From the NCBI RefSeq assembly GCF_001194135.2, contig NC_068982.1, forward strand, positions 66,357,568 to 66,405,940: a stretch of DNA of 48,373 nt, in the 5' to 3' direction. This document shows positions 1 to 12,425 of the stretch, one piece after another. This DNA is from Octopus bimaculoides. Taxonomy: Eukaryota. Below the pieces are notes generated by a model that saw nothing but the letters and a program-made list of their open reading frames with translations, made no database searches and had not been told where the DNA came from. Position 1 is the stretch's first letter; every line of letters begins with the position of its first letter. A program made the translations under genes and the position numbers.

Positions 1-105
1 ATATATATATATATATATATATTCATACATATATACACATACACATGTAAATATATCTAACTATCCATATACATATACATATATATGTGTGTGTGTGTGT
101 GTATT
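1..105. repeat. (TA)/(CA)/(TG) microsatellite, one of many
   Basis: Direct reading. Others lie at about 457-476, 617-681, 2521-2560, 7651-7677, 11510-11835, 13443-13570, 15209-15242, 38968-39040, 40284-40355, 42526-42584 and 43500-43650. Confidence 0.95.
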
Positions 106-330
106 TATTTATTCATTTATGCGTTTCGGCCAAGTTGCTGCGGTCGTGCTGGAGCACCACCATGATTTTCCCTCCTTATACTGTGCTCTCTGCACGTTTC
201 TTGCATGGCTCTTCTCCGCCACTTGATGTAATCCAATCAAGACTTTCTATGGCACATCTGGCGTATAAGAGAATTTGACATTGCTGCCCTCAACTGTGTC
301 TCATTTTGAGTCATCGGTTCGTCTGGTATT

Positions 331-460
331 TATAAAGTACCCGCCCTTTACGTCTGCAGACTTTTCACCACTGGCTACCTATGGAAAAGTGGTTATCAAC
401 CATTTTTTGCCTACTAAACCCCTTTGGTCCCTATCTTACTGTACTAGACCCTAATAAACA
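331..460 (+). repeat. 130-bp direct repeat, copy 1 (copy 2 at 1061-1190)
   Basis: Matches 1061-1190 with 2 mismatches in 130 bp. Confidence 0.95.
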
Positions 461-630
461 CACACACACACACACTTATATAGGACAGTATTCATAGGGT
501 TAGGGCTCATGGAGAAAATAGGCAAAAAATAAGTTGCCTCATAAATATTTTCATTTGTAGGTGAGGTGATTTTTGCACTGTTCAGACAGGGCTGTTTAGC
601 TTTCCACTTTCTCTCTTACACACACACACA

Positions 631-662
<32 letters not shown>

Positions 663-1116
663 CACATTCACACACACACACTTGTATACATATAGTTATG
701 TGCTGATTATCCTTTGCTCTTTGCATCCCCCGTGACGTTTCGGATCTTGCGGTCTTTTTGATCCCACTAAACCAGACTTTGCGGTGTTCTTGATCTCACT
801 AAATTTGCCATGTGATGAATCAGCCGAGCGAGTGCTCAGCATTATATCTAGGAGGGTAGCAGACTACAGTCGTTAAGTTTGCTTGATAATCTCTGAAAAA
901 GAAGGGTATTGCCATGTGAAAAGATACACACAGCTTCTTTACGCTTGATACTGTCATCCTCAGCAATGTATGGCGAGTTTTGGCGGCTGCATGCGGTAGT
1001 CAAATTGGCCACCCCCTTTCCTTAATCATAACAAAATTTCGACTACCGTAAACACACCTATATAAAGTACCCGCCCTTTACGTCTGCAGACTTTTCACCA
1101 CTGGCTACCTATGGAA

Positions 1117-1373
1117 AAGTGGTTCTCAACCATTTTTTGCCTACTAAACCCCTTTGGTTCCTATCTTACTGTACTAGACCCTAATAAACATTCAATGTTT
1201 TAAAAAGTCCCATTATATTTTGATAGTTAAATATTATTAAGAATTGCATACAAAAATACGTTAAAATATTTTGTGTTTTGTGGAAGTATAATTAATTTAT
1301 TGTACATAACTTTTTACAGCAAAATCTTATGTGGATCCTGAAAGGTCATGTAGACCCCGGTTGAAAACCACTA
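1117..1373. mobile_element. hAT-superfamily MITE (257 bp)
   Basis: Terminal inverted repeats AAGTGGTTCTCAACC (1117-1131) and GGTTGAAAACCACTA (1359-1373). 8-bp target-site duplication CTATGGAA (1109-1116) / CTATAGAA (1374-1381), 7 of 8 matching. Confidence 0.85.
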
Positions 1374-3254
1374 CTATAGAACTTTAATAGTTCTTTATTG
1401 ACCGCATGATTGGTATCGACATGCATGAACTAGTTCCCTTTTGTTGTTGGGTAGCCACAAGTCATCTTCAATCGAAGTGAATTAAGATGCAGAGCATTGG
1501 TCATATAATTTTGTATGTATTTCTTATTTTGTATGACGAAAGGATGGAGTTTGACGAATATTTGTCAGCTATTTCTCGTATGTCACGAGAAAACTGAGGC
1601 TCGCGAAACTTTCTGAATGGCACGCCAAACGGAAAATATTGAATTTTTTTTTCTTTTACTTATGCAGCCCGCCTGATGGTGAACCGTGTCTCACGCTGCC
1701 CGCTTCTCAAAAAAAGATAACCCATGCCTGGTGCAGAGGCTTTCTCGTTAGCTCGCCTGTAAGTTTTCTTTTCCAGCAGATCGAAGAGGTGCACTGATTC
1801 GGTATCCTCTAATAAAGACCATAGGGAAGCAACAAAAAGTGAAGACGTACTTTCACTTTTGCTTTTATTGGTTCAGTCATTGAACTGTGTCAGTCACACA
1901 TGGTGTGTTGCTATCATGTTCTGGAGTATTTGAGGTACATCATACAGCTTGTGTATGATGTAGTTATACAAATAGTATAAATTCCAGGCTTTTGTATATA
2001 TATAAAAAAAAAAAAGAATCGGAGTCGATTTATTCGATTGACCGTTTTAAGGAAGTGCCCCAGTATGGCCGCACTCCAATCACTGAAACAAATAAAAGCT
2101 AAAAAATAAGAGATCCAAATTCAAGTGAACGAAACGCTTCCAAACTAACAGATAGATACACGCAGTAGAATCATAAAAAGAAAACAAAATGGAAAAGATG
2201 TTACGTGTTTGGGTGAATGATACATTACAGTGTCACTCACCGCTCTCCCAAACCATTATCCAGTAAATCAGTTGAAACAAGAAGACGCCAAAGAAATCAC
2301 TCAATCGTTTGGTGCTTCTCGTGGGTTATTTGAGGCATTTAAGAAACGTTCTAATCTCCACATAGTTCAGTTAGAAGGGGATCAATACGTGCTGGCATCT
2401 AACAATCAGTAGCGCCATATTTACTTTTTATTGTTTCGTAATCATCTTTTTTTTTTACTTGTTGCGAAAACTAAAAGTGTGTATAAAATTTGATCGAATT
2501 ACGTGCAATTTTGTTCATAGAATACATACATACATACATACATACATACATTCATATATAGCATTTTCGTTAATTGAGTTATTTGCACGCGCGCGCGTGT
2601 GATCTTCGTCGTAAAAAGATGTTCCTGCAGATGTAAAGGTTATGGTTGGGTGCTCTACCGTTTACTTGTCACCAAACCAACTCGTCACCAAACCAACAAA
2701 GCAACTTGTAAGTATCCTTGAGTTCATATGAACAACAGCCAAATATCCTCAAATCACATCTTACTCGTCCATAGTAGATATTACAAACGGGTGTAGACAG
2801 TAGCGGAAAACAGAATGAATGATTTTGGCTGGAATGCATTTGATCAAAGGTCAGTTTGAACAGGGCTGCCTTGCGTTAAATGATAACCCTAGCAACTTTT
2901 GAGTGGAAAACCTGCGAACATTTAACAGAAGAATTTATTGTCACTCATGAAGACAAACTACGTTGGCTATTTACAGTTAACAATAGCGATAATTACAGCC
3001 TGGGAGAGAGATACTGCTCTGATATTACAGAAAGCTATTGGGACGGCAAAATAGGATTTGCCCAACATATCTGAAAACAATTGTGCTATCTTCGTGGCGA
3101 CGATGGTTCCTGGTCATCTATCTTAACCGTCTATCTTGGCCGTCTTCCTGGGTCGCCTGCCTTGACCGTTTGGTTGTCGGATGGCAAGAATAGAGATACA
3201 TCTCGCTCAGCTGCCCCAACATTCTGCAAAGAGTGTAAGCACCAAAAGCATCTC

Positions 3255-3342
3255 TTTTATAGGGTACAAGAAGAAGATTCTAGAAGATTGAATCACGCGA
3301 CGGCTTCACGCTGATTGGTTGCTTAATAGACCGATCACGTGA
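3255..3342 (-). promoter_or_regulatory. Heat-shock-type promoter: TCACGTGA, CCAAT, 3-unit HSE, TATAAAA
   Basis: On the minus strand: TCACGTGA (3342-3335), CCAAT (3318-3314), perfect nTTCnnGAAnnTTCn (3286-3272) and TATAAAA (3261-3255), in the order and spacing of an hsp-like promoter. Confidence 0.55.
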
Positions 3343-3419
3343 AACTATTGTGGTCCGGTCGTTGTGTCAGAGAGATTGCTTAGAGTAAAAAGAAGAAAAA
3401 GAGTAATAATATAAATTCG

Positions 3420-4460
3420 AAGAATGAATAATTCCACAAAAGAGGAGACTTCCTTGGGGAGTTCTTGGAAACCCCACATAACCATGGTCGCTCTGACCAC
3501 TAAGGCAACTTACCTCTCCTCATTGTCTTCCATTGGTCTACAGGCGCACGCTTTGTGTAAGCCCGTTCACTCGGACCATTTTGTCACATTTCCCCACCTT
3601 TCAACAAATGTACTGGAAGGCAGCACTTCCCTCTTTACCCTCATTTTCCTTTCCAAGTGGAACCTGAAAAAGTTGAGAGCTTGTCCAAAGAGGAAAGCAC
3701 CCATCTTCAATCCTCCAGTGGTCCATGTACAACCTCTTTCACCATTGCCACCAAACAGAAAAACTGCCTGCCTTTCTCGGCTAAAGGAAGGCGGCTGAGC
3801 AATGTTCACAATAAAGTCGGCTGATTGCCAGATCCGTCCTACACGCGACAGCAGGTTTTCGACATAAGTCAGCAATGGTCGAGCACTGTACAAGTGCGTA
3901 CAGAGCGGTTTCGTCGTTCATGTAGGCGTGGTTGAGACACTACCATTCCTGTACAGTTTATTTCGAACCGGCAATGCCCCTCAGTAACACTGCCATGACA
4001 AGGGATTTTTGGAAGTTATCTATGGGGCTCCGGGAAAAACCAGCCAATAGATTTCCATTGATGCCTAGGGCATCTCCAGTAAACGTCGTCGCTCTTACCC
4101 GCTACGAATCCTCTGTAGAATGCCTTAGGTATAAAAGTATACATAGCACACAAAATATTTGAACATATCTATGATGTAGCTCTCCTGGTGCAAGAGAAAC
4201 TCTAACTAGGGCCAATCAAAGAACCTCATAGATCCAGGATCACCCTGACCACCAAGCATTCGCTGAAATGTTCTCTTGTCTACAGGTGCATGCTAAACAC
4301 TGATTAGTTAATTGGTTGAATGTTAACAAATATACTACTACTAATAATTTAAAAAAAGTGAAACAGAACCACTTTTTAGTGGCACAATGACCCTCCCAAG
4401 ATACAGCAAAATATGTTTCAACACATGAGTTCACATCGAGAATTCTGCAAACTAAATACA
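3420..4460 (-). mobile_element. Tx1/L1-clade LINE 3' fragment, decayed
   Basis: The minus strand reads DNFQKSL..WQCY*GALPVRNKLYRNG..NDETALYALVQC..YVENLLSRV..FLFGQALNFFRFHLERKMRVKREVLPSSTFVERW. This is homologous to 38144-38640, which keeps the CCHC knuckle. Left and right limits are approximate. Confidence 0.75.
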
Positions 4461-4776
4461 GAAACAAAACACAATTATTCCTCTTCTAAGATGGAGTCGA
4501 CCTCATTAAAATATAAAACAAAGAGAAATCCAAAATGTGGTGGTCGAGATTTGAGCTGGTGAGGAGTGTAGAAAGTAACTACTTCTTCCACACTTGACCT
4601 GTATTTGACATCTAGTATCGAGTGTCACTCCTCGCTATGTATTGGTTTTAACGTCCTTATATTTCCAGCTCAATCTTCTTCAAACAATCAGAAATGAATG
4701 TCTAAGTACTTTTTCGATTTGAGTTCCATTAAAAATATCAGACAACTATATTTTCACTGACACCCACTCTTCACAT

Positions 4777-5170
4777 CCTCATTTACTCGTTTCAATCTTT
4801 GCACTGTAGCCATGCTGGGGGGGNNNNNNNNNNGGGGGGGGGCACTGCTTTGAAGGGTTTAAGTTAAACAAATGGGCCCCAGTACATTTAAAAAAAAAAT
4901 CTGGGACTTATTCTAACGGTGCCTTATGCAGAACCGCTAGATACGGGGATGTAAACAAACCAACACCGGTTGTCAAGCAGTGATGAGGGGACAAACAAAA
5001 AGATGCCCACCCACAATGCTCCCCTTATATATACATGTGTGATGAGCTATCACGCAGTTTCCGCCTACCAAATTCACTCAAAAGGCAATGGTCGGTCCGG
5101 GGTTATAGTAGAAGACGCTTGTCTAAGTTGTCCAAGGTGCTGTACAGTGAGACTGAGCCCGAAACCACAC
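4777..5170 (-). mobile_element. tRNA-derived CORE-like SINE (family A), degenerate
   Basis: Matches the reverse complement of the 36627-37015 element (GCCATGCT.. tail, CCGGTTGTCAAGC, ATAGTAGAAGAC core). Contains a poly-G run with a gap. Confidence 0.8.
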
Positions 5171-5504
5171 ACTCATGTTTCATCCAATATTTCATTCCGC
5201 TATATCTCGCTGCATTCATATATAATTTCTTACACATGCGCAACTACTCCAACCAGCGAAAGAGCCTCTAAGTGGTTCCTCGGCCGGCTAGAAAGAGCAG
5301 CCAAATCCCCCGAATCCCATCAGCAGCACTTCCTGCCGGATCTGAGGTAAATGGGGCTAAATAAGCTTAAGGATAAGTATAAATTCTGTTTTGTCAGCTT
5401 ATTTCAAGAGAAGACGATTTGAAGACACTTCGGTATTCAATCCTCAGTTAAACTTTATTTATTATTGGCCTGCATCCTTAATTTTCTAAAGATTGTCTGA
5501 TGTG

Positions 5505-5720
5505 AATTCATAAAGAAGAAAGTTCATATGAGAAAGGAAACAAACGTATCAACCATACCTTAAGTGAATGCAGTAAGCTAGCACAAAAAGAGTATAAGCA
5601 AAGGCATGACTGTGTCATTAAAAGATTGCGTTGGAACGTTAGACAAGTGTGTGGATTCAAAGTAGCAGAAAAATAGTATAAAGACAAAGCAGAGGCTGTG
5701 ATAGAGTACAATAAAGACCC
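5505..5720 (+). mobile_element. R4/NeSL-type (RLE-endonuclease) LINE C-terminal fragment
   Basis: Reads KRINHTLSECSKLAQKEYKQRHDCVIKRLRWNVRQVCGFKVAEK*YKDKAEAVIE, matching the H..S.C..LAQ.EYK.RHD..W...KWY motif that follows the CCHC finger in RLE LINEs (from recall). Confidence 0.7.
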
Positions 5721-5922
5721 CCCCTCCCACAACCACTTCGGTCATGAATGACCATGAGATTACACCTAGAAAATTCCCCTCCGAGGCACAAGTCCAGGCA
5801 AAGTTGTTTTTTATGGATCAGCAGTCGCCCATGCATACTAGCCTCCCTTCTCCACGCCACTGGTGTTATCCAAGGGGAAGGCAAGGGCGAAAGCAATCGG
5901 ATGTGTGGAGAATTGAACTTTT

Positions 5923-6272
5923 CACCGAGCTCTCCTCACTCGTGAGTTACTCGCTAAAAACAACATGGTGTCGCTTCCGCACCCGCTCTATTCGCTAGAT
6001 TTAGCACCTGCAGAATTCCGTCTATTCCTCAAGATGAAAATGAAGTTCATAGATCACCGTTTTAATAACGTTGTCGAGATCCAGAGCAAATCGCAGAAGG
6101 TCTTCGACTCGCTTACGGAAAACAACGTCCAGGTCTGATTCCAAAAGTAGAATGAACGCTGGGACCGCTGCATTGCTGCGCAAGGTGACTATTTCGAAGG
6201 AAATGATGTTAAAACTTAAGTAAATAAGTTATTTTTTATTAAGCGTAACTAAGTTATTTTTTTTATTAAACA
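5923..6272 (+). mobile_element. Mariner transposase C-terminal remnant
   Basis: HRALLTRELLAKNNMVSLPHPLYSLDLAPAEFRLFLKMK...RWDRCIAAQGDYFEG is a decayed YSPDLAPxD motif plus mariner C-terminus, with two stops. Confidence 0.85.
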
Positions 6273-7303
6273 CTAGCAGTAATACCCGTCCTTGATCGGG
6301 TAATTACTTTTACTGTTTCTCAGGCCAAGAAGCTAGGAAAATGGGTATATCATATAGAAGATTAGCTTCACGGAATCCAGGTGACTGCGATGGCACTAAA
6401 AAGGCTACAGGTCAAGTGGAACATCCATTTGTCACTGTTCCTTTTGACGTTTGAATAGGTGGTATATTGTGAATGAAGCTAGAAGAATAGCTATATCATA
6501 TAGAAGAATAGCTTTAAGGAATCCAGATGGCTGTGCGATGGCACTCAGAAGGCCACAGGTGAAGTGGAAGACCCATTTGTCATGGTTTCTTTTGACAGTG
6601 GAATAGGCCATATGCTCAAGGAGAATTGAAAGATTCAGTTTCGAATCTGGACCAGAGTGACACTACGACTACAAATTTAGGTTTGTACGTGTCTCATCCT
6701 CGTTTTCTGCTGCACGTTGTGCGTTTGCTTGGTGTTCGCTTTTTGACGGTCTTTTTTAGGATTAGAAATATCCGTAAGTAATAGTGAAATGAAATTACAA
6801 ATGCTGTGTCCTGTCAATGTTAGTGCTGAAATTCCGACGCTATATTACAGGAATGGAAGGCAAGGCAACAGTAAGTAATAGTCCAATGAAATTACAAATG
6901 CTGTCTCTTGTCAGTCAGATTTAGGTTTACTCGTCCTGTATGTGTGTATAATATAAGAGAAGTAGAAAATAGATAGATTTTATATACGTACTTCTGTTTG
7001 TTCTTCAAGTTGCAATCCAGCAACTTTTAGTGTTTGGCCCTGACTTTTATTGATGCTCATGAGAAACGAAGTGGGATAGGAAACCCTAAGGGCTTAAATT
7101 TGAATGGGACATTAGATGGTATAACTGGTATGCGAGGAATGAAGACGGTGTCACGTTTATCACAACCAGTGAGAATATTTGTCTCAATGCAGTTCGTCAA
7201 AGGTTTGTACACAATTAGTGTTGCTTCCCTTGAACCATTTACTTTCACTTTATGGGACAAACAGACATATAAACGGACAAAATCTCTCTTTTATATATAT
7301 AGA
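6273..7303 (-). mobile_element. Complete non-autonomous Helitron (1031 bp) with Pif1 helicase fragment
   Basis: Minus-strand 5' end is A|TCTATATATATAAAA (7303). The 3' end has a hairpin TACCCG-8nt-CGGGTA (6283-6302) then CTAG|T (6273), with an AT target and no TSD. 6990-7260 encodes TNILTGCDKRDTVFIPRIPVIPSNVPFKFKPLGFPIPLRFS..SINKSQGQTLKVAGLQL, the Helitron Pif1 C-terminal motifs. Confidence 0.92.
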
Positions 7304-8868
7304 TAACTAGTCCTGGTCGTATATTGTAATAGACACTAAATTCCACATCTGCAGCTTTTTCTCCTTGCGAAAATTTTGAAACAAAGTCACTCTTGTTAAG
7401 ATGTCAAAATTTAGCTTGCCTGGAAGTGGGTATCACATAGCATCCCTTACCAAGTAGGGTCTTAACAGCAGTATAGATAACTACATTGGATAAATCAATG
7501 CACAGTATTTTATTTATTAACAGTAAGCGCTACAACATACATAGATCAGAATTGGGTCCCTAGACTCATGAAGTTCCCTCCTGGGAAACTGCCTAAAGTG
7601 CCCATTTTTAAAGACGGCACTGCTCCCAAGGTGAACGTATGTTTAAAGCTAAACAACAACAACAACAACAACAACAAGTACTTTTAGTTTCAGATAGGAT
7701 GGTTCTATTGTAATTCCTGTTGTCATCAGATCCTGCTATTGCCATCAATGTGACGTTAAGGTCACTAGTCCTGATGTTATAATTTCCACTCCTTGCTTGT
7801 GTCCACTGTTGTCAATCCAGTGACTACTTGAGTTTCTTATTGTTTGTTTATTCATTGTTTTTAGGAGTGAAGTAGCAGGTGTCGTAGATGAGACGTAAGA
7901 CTAACGCCAAATGACATATATTACAACGACAGTGCGATCAGATTTCGATCTCTCGCTTTGTTTCTGTGTCTCTCTCTCGCTTTGCCTTTGAGTCTCTCTC
8001 TCGTTTTTTTTTTTTTTTTGTGTCTCTCTCTTTCGTATTTCCTTTTACTGCGGAAATCAGATATATCTACTCAAAATTTCATTACCCTTAACAGCGGAAA
8101 ACAGTTTTATATACCAATCTCTCTTTTGTTGAGGAATGTAATGTTTGAAACAATTTTTTATTGAGATATATCAAGTTTATTGAGGCAGCGTGGCTTGAAG
8201 AAAATACCAATTCTATTTTTTGGTAGATATCTTACATCATTACTGGAATAACTATAGAATATAATTTCGCTGTTTAAGGGTTAATGAAAGGTTTGAAACC
8301 TTGACATTTCATTAATACCACTAATTCCTTCCAGAAAGGTCCTATAAATCAGATTACACGGTCCTAGAAATCAGATAAACACGAACCAATGATTGAGCCT
8401 CCACGTGGTCGCTCGGCCTGCTAGAAATAGCAGATATATTGAAGAAGAATTAATAAAAATGAGACTCATTTAAAGTATGTAGTAGACATCCCATAAATCA
8501 AGGATGTTGGAACTACTACAGTTAGAAAATATGTCACTAGCGCATGTATGAAATTTATGTAACAGGAGATATCGCATTTCAACTTGTAGCAGAGTTTAAA
8601 ATTGATATTACATATGGAAATACGATGTAATGAAAATGAAATTTTCAAGTACAATTCCTATGATTACAAACATGCAGTTACTAAAAATGAAAAGCCCTGC
8701 ATTTGTAAAGATATGATAATAGTGCAACAGAGAAAGAAGAAATTCATATTCAATCGGTTTGTAGCTTTAAAAGGAAAAGTATCGAATATGTGAAACAAAT
8801 TAACGACGAACGTTCTAATACCGAAAAATATTTGTGTGTACATTACAAAGCAAGGGGAAAACTTCCCA

Positions 8869-9041
8869 GCTTAGCGGCGTCTTTACATTTTGAGTTCAAA
8901 ATCTGCCGAGGTCGACTTTGCCTTCCATCCTTTCGGGGTCGATAAAATAAGTACCAGTAAGGTACTGAGTTCGATGTAATCGACAAATCCCCTCTCCTCC
9001 AAATTTCAGGCCATGTGCCTATAGTAGAAACGATTATTATT
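8869..9041 (+). mobile_element. tRNA-derived SINE family B, 5'-truncated
   Basis: B-box GAGTTCAAAATC and central GAGGTCGACTTTGCCTTCCATCCTTTCGGGGTCGATAAAATAAGTACCAG, shared with 14779, 24296 and 37920. Confidence 0.9.
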
Positions 9042-10516
9042 TCAAAAATCATTGAAGAGGAAACTTTGAAATATTTTCATGTGAAATGTTAATGGATCTC
9101 GCTCGATAGACGGAACTAGTTATTCATTGAATTATTGTGTTAGCGGCTGAGTATTCCACAAACATTTGTACTCTTAAACGTACTCCTTAAGCAAAATCGG
9201 TGTTTGAATTACTCGTACAGATCATCCGATTACTTTCTAGAAAATTTCCGTTGGCCCGAATGCATTAAAAAGAATAGGATCAACCTGAAGCAATGGAAGA
9301 AGACACCTGTTTAAGATACTGCGTAACGGAATCAAAGCCAGGTCCTCATTCTTACACTATATTAATTCATTTCCTATAGAATTAGCTTCCGTATTAAAAT
9401 TGATTAAACTAACCGATTGTGTGTTGCGCAAGATCTGTTTGAAAGTTATAAAAACATCTTCAACTATAAGAAGGTGAATCGATATAATCGTTAGAGTATT
9501 GGATACAATGTCTCGAGGTATCTCTTCCAACTCTGCGCTTTGAGTTCAACTCCCGCTGAGGTCAGCTTTGTCTTTCATCCTTTTGGGAGCTATAAAAAAA
9601 AATTCCACTTCAGAGCAGTGGAAGGATGGAATTGTTAGAGTATTGGATAGAGATGTCTTGCGGAGTCTGTTCCGGCCTTTAGCGTTCTGAGTTAACGTCT
9701 GCAATTACACTGGAGCCATGCTGTATCGAGTACCAAGTTGGTCTTTTCCTTGGACAATTTTAGTGGTGAGAAAGTTTGCATGCATAGTTAACTACCAGCC
9801 TTTCACAAAACAAAACAAAACAAAACAAAAAAAAACAACCTTGCCCAAACCCTTTGAATACAGAAATTCTAACAAGTGGAGTCCCTTATTATGTTGATTT
9901 GGAACGAATATATTTTACTAAGTAAAATACATCCGTATATATTTACTTAGGAAAATGGATAATAAAAACAAGATGCAGCTTATACCATTTATTTCGTAAA
10001 TACATTCCATCATTGTGGTTATATGTATTCCATGTAGTGGGTGTTCAAAGAGCAGTTGGATGTTGATCTGCAACAGTTCAACAGTTCTTCAGGGTACCAC
10101 CTTTATTTCATAAATTAGCCATATAGGCTTTACATAGAATAGCGGTAGCTAGGGCTGGACAAAGACAAATGTAGAATAAAAGGATGATACATATGAAAAA
10201 TGAAAGGAGCGCCGACGCCCACAGATCGGCAACCCCTCGAAAACCTTGTTCAAAATAAATAAACATATTTATAAATCATAATAAATCACAATAAATCAAA
10301 ACAATTTAGTCCATATGCCTTGTAAGCAGGCTTTCCGCCGCCAACAGGCAATTTTCCATACTTCAGGGTAACACCTTATTACATTCCATTTATACAGATC
10401 AAAAGTTAAGTTCAGAAGTAACCACACCAGGAAGTAAGCAGGACGTTGATACTCTGCGTGATGCTCTAAATTCACCAGTAGTAGTCGTACATCTTACTAT
10501 ACAGATAGGAAATATA

Positions 10517-10900
10517 TTGTTTGTTGGCACTCCGTCGCTTACGACATCAAGGGTTCCCAGTTGATCCGATCAACGGAACAGCCTGCTCGTGAAATTAACG
10601 TGCAAGTGGCTGAGCATTCCACAGACACGTGTACCCTTAACGTAGTTCTCGGGGGATATTCAGCGTGACACTGTGTGACAAGGCTGACCCTTTGAATAAC
10701 AGGCACAACAGAAACAGGAAGTAAGAGAAAGTTGTGGTGAAAGAGTACAGCAGGGTTCGCCATCATCTCCTGCTGGAGCCTCGTGGAGCTTTAGGTGTTT
10801 TCGCTCAATAAACACTCACAACGCCCGGTCTGGGGATCGAAACCGCAATCCTATGACCACGAGTCCGCTGCCCTAACCACTGGGCCATTGCGCCTCCACA
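10517..10900 (-). mobile_element. tRNA-derived SINE family C, full length
   Basis: Minus-strand A-box TGGCCCAGTGG (10887-10877), B-box GGTTTCGATCCC (10844-10833) and (CAA)n tail. Near-TSD GGAAATATA (10508-10516) / GGATATATA (10901-10909). Confidence 0.92.
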
Positions 10901-11788
10901 GGATATATATATCAATTTAGTAAAATTCAGAATAAATTACTCTTAGTTTGTTCATCTGTATGAACAAACAAAAGTTAAAAAAGGGAGCATCAAAAGTTAG
11001 ATGAAAAAAAAAAGGAGAAAAAATTTATGCAGTGAGGGTAAAACATTCGAAACTGGTGATTACTTTGATTTTTTCGGGAAAAACTGAAGTAAACCCCGGG
11101 CATACGTCGGACTTATTAGACTTCCTCAGCGAATCATTGGCTTTACCGTACGAACCAATGTACTGATGGGATAACCACTGATGGGAGAACCACTACTTTA
11201 GTCTAAAAGGAAATACACTGATTGATGTACGCGTTCTCAATGCATGGCCAAATCCTTCTGGGAGAAAATTTGGTTGAGAGAAACTGTACGGAAGCATGTC
11301 GGGGAAACTATTTTTCTCGGGGAGTAGACTTGGTCCGTCACCCGGGGTCAAAAGCACACTACTCGGTTTTTAGGCGACTTCAGTGGAGTACACACTTTTA
11401 TAAAATTTGGACCAGGTTCTTTGGTCATAGGATAACTCCTTATCGTCATCTCGTCATCTCAGAAGCACGGAAAATGGTCATGGACGCTGTTTTCACCGTC
11501 TGACTAAGTCATAAGAAGAGAGAGGGAGAGAGAGGGTGGGGAGAGGGACAGAAAGGGAGAGTGTAGGGGTGAGAGAGAAAAGAGAAGCAGAGAGACTGAG
11601 AGGCAAATGTATATATATATATATATATNNNNNNNNNNNNNNNNNNNNNNNNNNNNNNNNNNNNNNNNNNNNNNNNNNNNNNNNNNNNNNNNNNNNNNNN
11701 NNNNNNNNNNNNNNNNNNNNNNNNNNNNNNNNNNNNNNNNNNNNNNNNNNNNNNNNNNNNNNNNNNNNNNNNNNNNNNNNNNNNNNNN

Positions 11789-11824
<36 letters not shown>

Positions 11825-12082
11825 GAGGAGAGAGAGTAAGCAGCAGTCAGTTTTGAACTCAGGAAAGTATTATGCTGAAATAAAGCAGTGAAACCAATTC
11901 TTGAATTCCATCTGTTTCAAGAATACACCAATATCGAAACGTAATATGATCTCTGATTATCTGGAATCTATGGTAATTGTAGAAGATCAGATTGGATTTC
12001 ACCCTCAAAATAGCACCCTACTTTTGTTAGCTTTGGTAAATAACGGATAAGAAAACTTTCGGGTGTGGTGTTACCTTGGTGT

Positions 12083-12425
12083 TATGATGGTAGTGGTGGT
12101 GATGATGATGATGGTGGTAATGATGATGATGATGATTGTAATGATGGTGCTACTGTGGGGTGGCAGTGATGGTAGTGGCGGTGCTAGTGGTATTAATGTT
12201 GGCGATATTAATAGTAATGATAGTGGTGGTGGTGATGGTGGTGGTGGTAGAAGTATCGATAGTATAAGTGGTAGTTGTGGCATTGACAGCATTAGATCCG
12301 ATGGGAACGATGATGATGACAACGATGACGACGATGATGATAATGATGATGACGGTGGCAGTGAAGATTGTCGTAGTTGTAATAGTGATAGTACTGGTGA
12401 TGTTGATGGCAGTGTTAGTGGTGGT
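12083..12425. repeat. Degenerate (GAT/GGT/AGT)n trinucleotide low-complexity tract
   Basis: Runs of GAT, GGT and AGT triplets, which account for the spurious overlapping ORFs. Confidence 0.9.

Noticed and set aside
331-1190. Direct repeats as LTRs of a TRIM (they start TATAAA and end AATAAACA)
   Set aside because: There is no TG start, TSD, PBS or PPT, and the repeat unit straddles a hAT MITE boundary.
4817-4842. Poly-G run around a 10-N gap inside a SINE
   Set aside because: It is probably a homopolymer sequencing or assembly problem, and its length is unknown.
10833-10900. tRNA genes at A/B-box sequences (also 14779, 20192, 24296, 36627, 44464)
   Set aside because: The A/B boxes continue into shared SINE bodies and tails, and no complete cloverleaf is evident.
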